Shown piece after piece: positions 16,177 through 24,683 of a stretch of 32,000 nucleotides of DNA. The notes beneath the pieces were generated by a model. That model did not search any database, had not been told where the DNA came from, and saw only the letters and a program-made list of their open reading frames with translations. Source of the stretch: Candidatus Kuenenia stuttgartensis (GTDB taxonomy: Bacteria > Planctomycetota > Brocadiia > Brocadiales > Brocadiaceae); assembly GCF_900232105.1 (NCBI RefSeq), contig NZ_LT934425.1:1680001-1712000 (forward strand), read 5' to 3'. Every line of letters starts with the position of its first letter. The stretch's first letter is position 1. The position numbers and the translations under genes are program-made.

Positions 16177-16722
16177 TTATTGTTTCTCCGGAATCTCTAT
16201 CTCGCATAATCTGATGCCGGATAAATTCGAAATATCTTTCACCGGCAATCTTCCGTCATAGAGGCTTTCCAAAATCGCATTACCGTTATTGTAGACTGTG
16301 ACGGGAACATCGTTAATATTCCTCTGGAGTAAAAATGTATAATGAAACCTTGTTCTGTCCCCTGCATTTCTTGCCATGACGGCCACGATCCTGTTGTTTC
16401 CCTTTCTTAATTTATCTGATGCATCACAAAAACCTCTTTGCTGAAATGTTTCAGCTTTTTTTGTGTCGATAAAAATCAATGCCACTTTGTCGCCTTCGGA
16501 TATTTCTTTAAGTTCAAACCCCAACCCTTCCAGACCGTCCGCTACAACAATTTTTAAAGGAGTCGTATGGGTAACCCTCTTCGTATCCTCCCATGCATTG
16601 GGGTTGTTTAAGAAATAGTCTACAATATTTTCACGTGCATAAGTGTCATTGCTTCCCGGAAAAGAAAGCATCATTATCACCATAAATAAAATTGCCATTT
16701 TTAAAAAGCCCATATTTGCCAT
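16177..16722 (-). CDS. secreted hypothetical protein (signal peptide)
   Basis: 181 aa with a hydrophobic N-terminus, MAILFMVIMMLSFPGSNDTYA. Its ATG directly abuts the nadD stop (TAAATG), so the two genes are probably co-transcribed. Confidence 0.6.
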   Translation of the reverse strand: MANMGFLKMAILFMVIMMLSFPGSNDTYARENIVDYFLNNPNAWEDTKRVTHTTPLKIVVADGLEGLGFELKEISEGDKVALIFIDTKKAETFQQRGFCDASDKLRKGNNRIVAVMARNAGDRTRFHYTFLLQRNINDVPVTVYNNGNAILESLYDGRLPVKDISNLSGIRLCEIEIPEKQ

Positions 16723-17340
16723 TTACCTCTTTGCATAAAGTGAATGTTTCCTGATATAGTTTTCCACGCGCTCGGGAACTAAATATTTTATACTCAATCC
16801 TTTGCTTAACTTCTTCCTTATTTCCGTTGAAGATATATCCAGAGAAGGAATCTGAACCATTAATTTTTCAATTTCTGCCTTCTTTTCACCGGAAATAGCA
16901 CTTTTCTTTATTATTTCGCCATTCAGCGTAATGGGAAACCTGTTGACAACGATAAAATGACACATGCAAGAAAGCTCCTCAATATCCTTCCATGTGTTGA
17001 TTTCATTTATCATATCTGTGCCCAGGATGAGGAATAAATTAGACCCAGGTCCGTATGTCTCCCGGAGTATTTTAATCGTGTCAATGGTGTATGATTTTCC
17101 GGGACGCTTTATCTCGATATCCGATACCTCAAAATGCTCATTATCCCCGATTGCTTGTTTTACCATTTCATACCGGTGAAACGAGTCTATCAGGCCGCCT
17201 GATTCCTTATGCGGAGAAATCCCTGTGGGGATAAATAGTATTTTGGACAATTTCCTTTGTTGAAATACCTCTTCCGCAACAATTAAATGCCCAATGTGAA
17301 TCGGATTAAATGACCCACCAAATATGCCTATATTCATCAT
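16723..17340 (-). CDS. nadD: nicotinate-nucleotide adenylyltransferase
   Basis: GIFGGSFNPIHIGHL (the HxGH nucleotidyltransferase motif), ISPHK, and ISSTEIR near the C-terminus. 205 aa. Confidence 0.9.
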   Translation of the reverse strand: MMNIGIFGGSFNPIHIGHLIVAEEVFQQRKLSKILFIPTGISPHKESGGLIDSFHRYEMVKQAIGDNEHFEVSDIEIKRPGKSYTIDTIKILRETYGPGSNLFLILGTDMINEINTWKDIEELSCMCHFIVVNRFPITLNGEIIKKSAISGEKKAEIEKLMVQIPSLDISSTEIRKKLSKGLSIKYLVPERVENYIRKHSLYAKR

Positions 17341-17474
17341 GTGTTTTTAGCTTGATATTTACAGTGTTTCAATGGTAGAAGTTTGATAACATATAACAAA
17401 TTAAATATCAGAACTATAGCAATTATTTCTTTGGGATAAAAGCATATTGCATAATTTTAGAGGGGCGGATGTAA

Positions 17475-18677
17475 TTGAAGATTGCATACTTTGATTGTTT
17501 TTCGGGCGTTAGCGGAGATATGATCCTCGGGGCATTTGTGGATGCCGGACTCGAAATCCATTTGTTAATAACCGAACTGGAAAAACTCCATCTTCATGGA
17601 TACGAACTCTCCTGTGAAAAGGTGAAACGCGCCGGTATTGCCGGCACAAAGGTGTATGTGAATATTCCCGAACGGCATGGGCATTCACATACCGCGGGCC
17701 ACATGCACCATCTTACCTTTCCCGATATTCGTTTGATTATTGAAAAAAGCCGGCTCCATCAACAGATTAAGGATAATGGCATTAAAATATTTCATCGACT
17801 TGCTGCTGTTGAAGCAGAGATTCATGGTACTTCTATTGAGGAGGTACATTTTCATGAAGTGGGCGCGATAGACTCAATCGTTGACATTGTTGGTGCTGCC
17901 ATAGGCCTGCATTTGCTTGGCATTGAAAAACTATATTTCTCACCAGTTCCCACCGGCAGCGGATACATAAAATGCGAACATGGCGTATTGCCGGTTCCCG
18001 CTCCCGCAACTGCCGGGCTTCTGAAAAATCAGCTACTGAAATCTGTGGCAATAGAAAAGGAATTAACCACCCCCACCGGCGCTGCGATTGTAACAACCCT
18101 GGGAGAAGGGCTTAAGACTATGCCGAAAATGAAGGTACTTACCATCGGTTATGGCGCCGGCAGCATTGATAATCCCGAAGTCCCGAATTTGTTGCGTATA
18201 GTAATCGGCGAAGATACGCAACGCCAGGAGTCTGATGAGGTGTGGGTCGTTGAGACCAATATTGATAACATGACGGGGGAGATCATGGGGTATGTAATGG
18301 ATAGATTATTCAGCGCCGGGGCAGTTGACGCATATTTTACCCCGGTGCAAATGAAAAAAGGAAGGCCAGGAATTATTATCAGCGCGATAGTGCCGGAAAA
18401 ACACCTTTTGTCCGTAGAGGCGGTCTTGTTTAATCAAACCACCACCTTCGGGATACGAAAATACAAAGCGGTTCGCAGCATATTATCAAGAGAGGTAAAA
18501 GAATACGAAAGCTCATTGGGGAAAATAAGGATGAAGATTGGCTCGCTTAACGGCGATATTAAAAATATTTCTCCTGAATATGAAGATTGCAAACGAATAG
18601 CGGAAGAAAGGCATATTCCCCTAAAACACGTCTATACTATTATCACCAAAGAACTTGATACATTTAATCACTTTTAG
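17475..18677 (+). CDS. larC: nickel-pincer cofactor biosynthesis protein LarC (DUF111 nickel insertion protein)
   Basis: TTG start with a GAGGGG SD. The N-terminus KIAYFDCFSGVSGDMILGAFVDAGL and the motif HFHEVGAIDSIVDIVG are present. 400 aa, a fused full-length form. Confidence 0.9.
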   Translation: MKIAYFDCFSGVSGDMILGAFVDAGLEIHLLITELEKLHLHGYELSCEKVKRAGIAGTKVYVNIPERHGHSHTAGHMHHLTFPDIRLIIEKSRLHQQIKDNGIKIFHRLAAVEAEIHGTSIEEVHFHEVGAIDSIVDIVGAAIGLHLLGIEKLYFSPVPTGSGYIKCEHGVLPVPAPATAGLLKNQLLKSVAIEKELTTPTGAAIVTTLGEGLKTMPKMKVLTIGYGAGSIDNPEVPNLLRIVIGEDTQRQESDEVWVVETNIDNMTGEIMGYVMDRLFSAGAVDAYFTPVQMKKGRPGIIISAIVPEKHLLSVEAVLFNQTTTFGIRKYKAVRSILSREVKEYESSLGKIRMKIGSLNGDIKNISPEYEDCKRIAEERHIPLKHVYTIITKELDTFNHF

Positions 18678-18681
18678 AAAA

Positions 18682-20605
18682 ATGCTACGGGGAATTTCAG
18701 GGACAAGAACATCTTTTAATCTTATCATACCGGTTCTTATTATTGTATGTTTGTCACAATTTGTTTACTTAAATACATTATCAAACCAGTTTGTATATGA
18801 TGATGAATTTATTATTACCAACAACTCCTTCATAAAAACATGGAACAATTTCCCCAAACTTTTCAATAGGGAATATTTTGAATATTCCGGAGAATTAAGC
18901 TACAGACCTGTCGCTACGGCTACGTATTTCATTGATCATGCCTTGTGGCGGCTTGCTCCCGCCGGTTATCACTTCACCAACAACTGCTTGCACACATTAA
19001 ATGCGGCGCTGCTTTTCTTTTTGCTCCTGCATTTGTTCAGACACACGGGGGGCGCATTTGCCGGAGCGCTCCTTTTTGCGTGTCACCCTGTTTTATCCGA
19101 AACGGTAAATGCCGTTTGTTTTCGGGAGGATTTATTGGCATGCGCTTTCTTCCTCTCCTCTTTTCTGCTTTATTGTAAAACAAACGCACGTCGTTCGTAT
19201 TTCCTCTATGCCGCCTCCTTAATATGCTATTTCTTTGGGATATTTTCGAAGGAAATAGCAATTACACTTCCGTTGCTCATTTTTCTCTACGATGTGCTTT
19301 TTACCGGAATGTGCAAAAAAACCCTGCATTATTATTCAGGATATGTCTTCGTGACGCTATTTTATCTTATAATCAGATTTGTCTTCCTGCATAATCCTGT
19401 GGAATCAACCGTATCATATCCGGAAAACAGTATTTGGGTAAATTGCCTAACAATGTCAAAGGTATGTGCTTATTATATAAAACTCCTTTTTCTTCCGGTA
19501 AAGCTTTGTTCAGACTACGTTATCCCACGTTCTTTTTCCCTCCGCGAACCTGCCGTTGCGGTATCATTATTTCTTATCGCCTCTGTTGCAGCCGTTGTTT
19601 ACAAATTATTTATTCACCATAAGCACCTGGTATTTTCACCGGTATGGTTTTTTATCACGCTGCTGCCGGTTTTAAATATCATACCCATAGAAAATATCAT
19701 GGCGGAGAGATACCTTTATCTGCCTGCGGTAAGTTTTTGTATACTGTGTGCCGGGTTTGATTGCGCACGACAGGCATACGAGTGTTTTTTTTGGAAAACA
19801 GTATGTAATTGCCGCCATTTTGAGTGGCACAGTAATATTGTTTTCAATAAAAACTTTAAATAGAAATAAAGTATGGGAAAGCCAGTCTGCCCTATGGGAG
19901 AATACGGCAAAGACATCGCCGGACAGCTTTAAGGCGCATAATAATCTGGGGAATTTTTACCGGGACTCTGGCAGGCTGGACGAGGCAATTGACGAATTTC
20001 ACCATGCGCTGAGACTTTTTGAAAATTACGCGGAAGCGCATAACAATCTCGGCATAACGTACCGGAAAAAAGGCATGCATGAGGAAGCATACAATGAATA
20101 CCAAAAGGCGTTGCAGCTTAATCCTGATTATCCCGATGTGCATAATAACCTCGGCGTTTTATATACAAAGATAAACAGATCTGACCTGGCAATGGAGGAA
20201 TTCAAACGAGCCATAAAAAGCAAACAGATGTATTCCGACGCGCATAATAATCTGGGTATACTGTACGCTTATACCGGAGAATTGGACTTAGCCATCGAGT
20301 CATTTAAAAATGCGATTTCCAGCAGGCCTGACCATCCTGACGCCTATGCGAACCTTGGAACCGCATATTTAAAAAAGGGTATGTACGATGAGGCGATACA
20401 ACAATTTCTTAAAGCAATTTCATATGACAACCAATACGTAAAAGCGTATTATTATCTAAGCACAGCATATTGGAATAAGGGACAATATGAGAAAGCCGCG
20501 GAAACGTGCAGAAGGATATTGTCTATCGACCCGACTCACGGGGACACGCTGACGTTGCTAAATACAATTGAACAAAGGCAGGGACGGACGCAGACAGCGC
20601 AGTAG
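18682..20605 (+). pseudogene. TMTC-like GT-C membrane domain + TPR-repeat protein, frameshifted
   Basis: The first ORF (to 19863) has multiple TM helices and the FVYDDEFIITNN loop motif. The second ORF (from 19748, +1 frame) continues with a TM helix and then about 7 TPR repeats (AHNNLG...). The two frames overlap around the T8 run at 19785-19792. Confidence 0.7.
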
Positions 20606-20634
20606 CATGGAGATTTGGGTTGGTGTGTTACAGA

Positions 20635-20859
20635 CTATTTCCTGAAGAATGCAAAAAGGATGGCCGTTAAGACGCCAACAACGGAAGCGAATTGTCCAAT
20701 CCAGAATATAAACATCCACTTGATAATTTCCGCTTTTGCCTCGGCGAGATCTTTCTTTGTGGCAACTTCTTCAAGTAAAGCTGCATGGCTTGTTTCCAAC
20801 GCAGTTTCGATTGCTTCAGCAATCCTGGCTGCCTGTTTTTCATCGAAAACAGAACGCAA
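20635..20859 (-). CDS. DUF1640-like coiled-coil protein with a C-terminal membrane anchor
   Basis: VATKKDLAEAKAEIIKWMFIFWIGQ plus a hydrophobic tail resembles DUF1640 (from memory). The listed start is TTG with no SD. The family-like sequence (INTLKVFETL) continues upstream in frame, with no ATG/GTG/TTG. Confidence 0.5.
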   Translation of the reverse strand: MRSVFDEKQAARIAEAIETALETSHAALLEEVATKKDLAEAKAEIIKWMFIFWIGQFASVVGVLTAILFAFFRK

Positions 20860-21037
20860 TGTTTCAAATACTTTTAGTGTATTGATGTATGCCGTGAACA
20901 GTCTCCCGTGGTAATTTATACGGATATGTGTGTTTATTTGTCGCGAGAGTAATTTGATTTTAACATTTTATTGTTTTTATACTCAAGGAGCATTTTGTTT
21001 CATCTTCTTATTTTTACCGTTTTTTTAAAGGATTTGT

Positions 21038-22291
21038 ATGAACAGGCAAGAAAGAAACGCCGTCAGAAAAAGCCTTAATGTTTCAATCAGGGACGGCATT
21101 GCAGCCGCGGCGACATCGGGATTTGGAAACAACTATGTCAACCCCTTTGCCGTTGCCCTTGGCGGGACAAATATCCAGATAGGCGTATTAAATTCCATAA
21201 TACACTTTATCCCCGCGCTTATGCAGCTTAAGGCAGCGGATATAACCGAATACTTCGGCAGCCGGAAAAAGATCATCGTAATTTCCGTTCTTTTACAGGC
21301 CAGCATGCTTATTCCCATTGCCTCCATTCCCTTTTTCCCGAAGCATTTCCGTATGATTGCGCTTATTTGTTTTTGTACCTTCTATATGTCTTTTGAGTCC
21401 CTTGCTACCCCTGCATGGGGATCACTTATGGCCAACCTTGTGCCCAAAAAAAGGCTGGGACGGTATTTCAGCAGACGTTCAAGGATTGTCAGCCTTGTCA
21501 CTTTAGTAACAACATTTTTAGCAGGTTTTTTGCTGGATGTTTTCAATAATCCCTCACTTACTGGTTTTACGATTATATTTTTGCTTGCAATGATTTCCCG
21601 GTACATTTCGTGTTACTTTCTCAGCAGAATGTATGAGCCACCTCTGGAAATAAAGCGGGAACATTACTTTTCATTTGTGGATTTTCTAAAAAGATTAAAC
21701 ATTGGAAACTTCGGGAAATATGTGCTCTTTCAAAGTTCTTTTAATTTGTCAGTGCATATAGCATCGCCGTTTTTTGCCGTATATATGCTCCGCAATCTTG
21801 GCTTTTCGTACCTTACCTACACAATCGTCATAACAGTAGTACCCCTCGCGGCTATATTATCGATGAGTTACTGGGGACGATACGCCGATACGGCGGGGAA
21901 TAGGAAGGTGCTTACCCTATGCAGTTTTATTATATCAAGCCTTCCTGCATGGTGGCTTATTTCGCATGATGTATTTTTTCTGATAGGGATTCAGGCGTTA
22001 TCGGGATTTTTCTGGGGCGGTTTTAATTTATGTTCTTCAAATTTTATCTACGAATCGGCAATCCCGGAAAAACGCACTCGTTGCATTTCATACTTTAATA
22101 CCATAAACGGTTTTGCAATATGCCTTGGAAACTTACTTGGCGGTTTTCTCGCAGTACATTTACCGCCGGTCTTCGGCCACCGATTGCTTGCCGTCTTTGC
22201 AATATCAGCTTTTCTGAGATTCCTTGCAGCGTTTGTTTTATTAAGACGGGTAAAGGCTGCCGGAAATGCTATATTGTGCCAAAAAGTGTAA
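21038..22291 (+). CDS. MFS transporter
   Basis: 417 aa with about 12 predicted hydrophobic helices and loop motifs such as GRYFSRRSR and GRYADTAGNRK between helices. Confidence 0.8.
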   Translation: MNRQERNAVRKSLNVSIRDGIAAAATSGFGNNYVNPFAVALGGTNIQIGVLNSIIHFIPALMQLKAADITEYFGSRKKIIVISVLLQASMLIPIASIPFFPKHFRMIALICFCTFYMSFESLATPAWGSLMANLVPKKRLGRYFSRRSRIVSLVTLVTTFLAGFLLDVFNNPSLTGFTIIFLLAMISRYISCYFLSRMYEPPLEIKREHYFSFVDFLKRLNIGNFGKYVLFQSSFNLSVHIASPFFAVYMLRNLGFSYLTYTIVITVVPLAAILSMSYWGRYADTAGNRKVLTLCSFIISSLPAWWLISHDVFFLIGIQALSGFFWGGFNLCSSNFIYESAIPEKRTRCISYFNTINGFAICLGNLLGGFLAVHLPPVFGHRLLAVFAISAFLRFLAAFVLLRRVKAAGNAILCQKV

Positions 22292-22312
22292 GGTCTGTTG
22301 CTTCATTTATTG

Positions 22313-22954
22313 TTATATCCACAAGTGTGCCCACCAGCGCAGGTCGTCCTTTGAATACAACAATATTGTTCTGCCGCGTTCTGCCGGAGAGTTTGTTGGG
22401 GTCTGATTTGTGCCTGTGAATAATGTTTCAGAACTATTAAGAATATCGCATAATTGCTGAACATATCTGTTGTTCCCTGGGTTTGTCATGTTATGAATTG
22501 TTATCCTTAAGACGCCATTCTTTTCATCCGGCATTATATCTGCATCTGTCATAAAAATTTGACGTACCAGTGATCTTGCTTCATCTTTTTTAGAAATATA
22601 TTCCTGCAATGTATTTGCCATTGCCGTCTCTGCCCGATAAGCAATCATTTTGATTGTGTCTACGAATTGCTTTCCGCTCTTCTTTAAATCCTGAAATTTC
22701 TTATCTTCCGGGAGTTTTGAAAACTCTATATGTTTCTCCGTATTATTTTTTGTAGCCCTGAGTTGTTCAATCTTTTCCTCCAGCGTATCTATCGATTCTC
22801 TTATTGTTGCTTTCTCCTGTACATACTTCCGGATATCGGGTTCTTCTCCTTCTGCTTTTAATACCAATGCACCATATTTTACCCGCTGCCTGTTTAACAG
22901 TGTAGTTTTGGTTTTTATCTGACTTTCCAATTCCCTGTAACGGGGATTCACCAT
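22313..22954 (-). pseudogene. C-terminal remnant of a DDE transposase (family not assigned)
   Basis: IKMIAYRAETAMANTL...ADIMPDEKNGVLRITIHNMTNPGNNRYVQQLCDILNSSETLFTGT resembles the tail of a transposase family I recognise but cannot name. No DDE core lies upstream, and the ORF is bounded by a TAG 11 codons before the ATG. Confidence 0.45.
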
Positions 22955-23240
22955 CTTTGTCGTCTCACTTATTGCCTCCTGTTCGTACTAGATAAGTCTG
23001 TCTATACCATATTATTTATCAGTTTGCAGTCAGGGGAAAACAGGGGTAATACTAACTGTAGTATGAGTACCCTCCCTTCTTCCGAAAAAAAGGGATCATA
23101 TCATTTTCCACCCACATATGGCAATACTATATATATACCTATCTCTACACAATTCAATAGCTTACATGCTTTTTAACTAAAAATGCACTTCCTGGGTTCT
23201 GAATTTCTACTTCATAAGAATTCACTTGAATCTGGTATAA

Positions 23241-23384
23241 CGTTTCATTAAAATATCTACACTGATACCGTCATCGTAAGGAGTGGAGCGACGAAGTAAT
23301 CTTAAGTCTTTTGGGAACAAGAGATTACTTCGTCGCTCCACTCCTCGCGATGACATTTTTTTACGTACACATTTTAACGAAACG
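23241..23384. repeat. 144-bp imperfect palindrome (MITE-like or operator-like) upstream of the RND operon
   Basis: The core arms 23270-23302 and 23322-23354 match 31/33 (GTCATCGtaAGGAGTGGAGCGACGAAGTAATCT), with a 19-nt loop. The outer arms CGTTTCATTAAAAT (23241-23254) and ATTTTAACGAAACG (23371-23384) match 13/14. Confidence 0.8.
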
Positions 23385-23418
23385 ATGTACTAGTTAATAA
23401 TTTTACTAACCTTGAAAA

Positions 23419-24621
23419 ATGCCTAAAAAGCAATCTCCTCTCATCCATCCATTCACTATTGGACGCACTATTTTACTTCTACTCATTCTCGCAGCCCATT
23501 CATTTCTGCTAATCGGATGCGAACGGCAGCAGACACAGGCACCACCGCCGCCTATAGTTACTGTGAGTAAGCCCGTGGTCGAGGAGGTCGTGGAGTGGGA
23601 CGAGTATACGGGGCGGCTCGAAGCCGTGGATACGGTAGACGTGAGGGCGCGCGTAAGCGGTTATCTGGAATCCATACATTTTAAGGACGGCCAGATGGTG
23701 AAAAATGGTGACCTGCTCTTCGTAATAGACCCGAGACCCTATCGGGCAGAGCTGGACCGGGCTTTGGCCCAGTTAAAAATCTCAAAAGCCCGCCTTTCTC
23801 TTGCGGAGAAAGACCTCCGTCGCGCGAAGCACCTCCTGAGCGAGCTGGTAATTTCGGAAGAAGAGGCCGACACCAGGGTTTCCGACGAGCAGGTAGCTCG
23901 TGCATCAGTCGAGATGGCGCAGGCTGACGTTGACGCCGCCAGACTAAACGTAGAATTCACGCAGGTGAGGGCGCCCATCTACGGTTTGATCAGCAGAAAA
24001 TACGTCACCGAAGGGAACCTCATTAACGGTGGTACCGGTGGTACACTCCTCACTACCATAGTTTCAACGGACCCGATTTATTGCTACTTAGAGGAAGACG
24101 AGCAGTCCTATCTCAGATACAGCCGTCTGGAGCGGGAGGGGATTATGCCTGGATCCGGGAAAGGAGAAAACCCGGCTTTTATGGAACTCTCGAACGAAAC
24201 GGGTTATCCGCACAAGGGCTACATCGACTTCGTCGATAACAGGATGGACCCGAATACTGGGACTATCAGAGGAAGGGGCGTATTCCCCAACCCGGACAAC
24301 ACCCTCACACCGGGACTATTCGCCCGGATGAAGATCGCGGGCAGCGAGCAGTATAAGGCCATGCTCGTGCCCGACGAAGCTGTAGGAAGTGACCAGTCGC
24401 TGAAGTTCGTGTTTATAGTCAACCCTGAAAATACAGTTGAGTACCGTCAGGTTACGCTAGGCCCCAGGATGAACGGGCTCAGGATCGTAAGAGAAGGAGT
24501 GATGCCTGAGGACCGGGTAATAGTCAAAGGCCTGCAGAGAGTCCAGCCTGGGATCAAAGTAGATCCCGTCGAAGAAGACATAGTCGTTGATGAAATGAAT
24601 TTCCTCATGCCCGGGTCCTGA
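23419..24621 (+). CDS. efflux RND transporter periplasmic adaptor subunit (lipoprotein)
   Basis: 400 aa. Signal peptide with an LLIGC lipobox, then typical MFP motifs: GRLEAVDTVDVRARVSGYL, GDLLFVIDPRPY, FTQVRAPIYG. Confidence 0.9.
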   Translation: MPKKQSPLIHPFTIGRTILLLLILAAHSFLLIGCERQQTQAPPPPIVTVSKPVVEEVVEWDEYTGRLEAVDTVDVRARVSGYLESIHFKDGQMVKNGDLLFVIDPRPYRAELDRALAQLKISKARLSLAEKDLRRAKHLLSELVISEEEADTRVSDEQVARASVEMAQADVDAARLNVEFTQVRAPIYGLISRKYVTEGNLINGGTGGTLLTTIVSTDPIYCYLEEDEQSYLRYSRLEREGIMPGSGKGENPAFMELSNETGYPHKGYIDFVDNRMDPNTGTIRGRGVFPNPDNTLTPGLFARMKIAGSEQYKAMLVPDEAVGSDQSLKFVFIVNPENTVEYRQVTLGPRMNGLRIVREGVMPEDRVIVKGLQRVQPGIKVDPVEEDIVVDEMNFLMPGS

Positions 24622-24683
24622 CGCTGGAAAAGGAGGGCGATTTTACACAAGAGCCCGATAGCAATATTGGAGGGTAATAGATA

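Noticed and set aside
20615-20914. 99-aa plus-strand ORF
   Set aside because: It is antisense to the DUF1640-like gene, whose coiled-coil plus TM pattern is recognisable.
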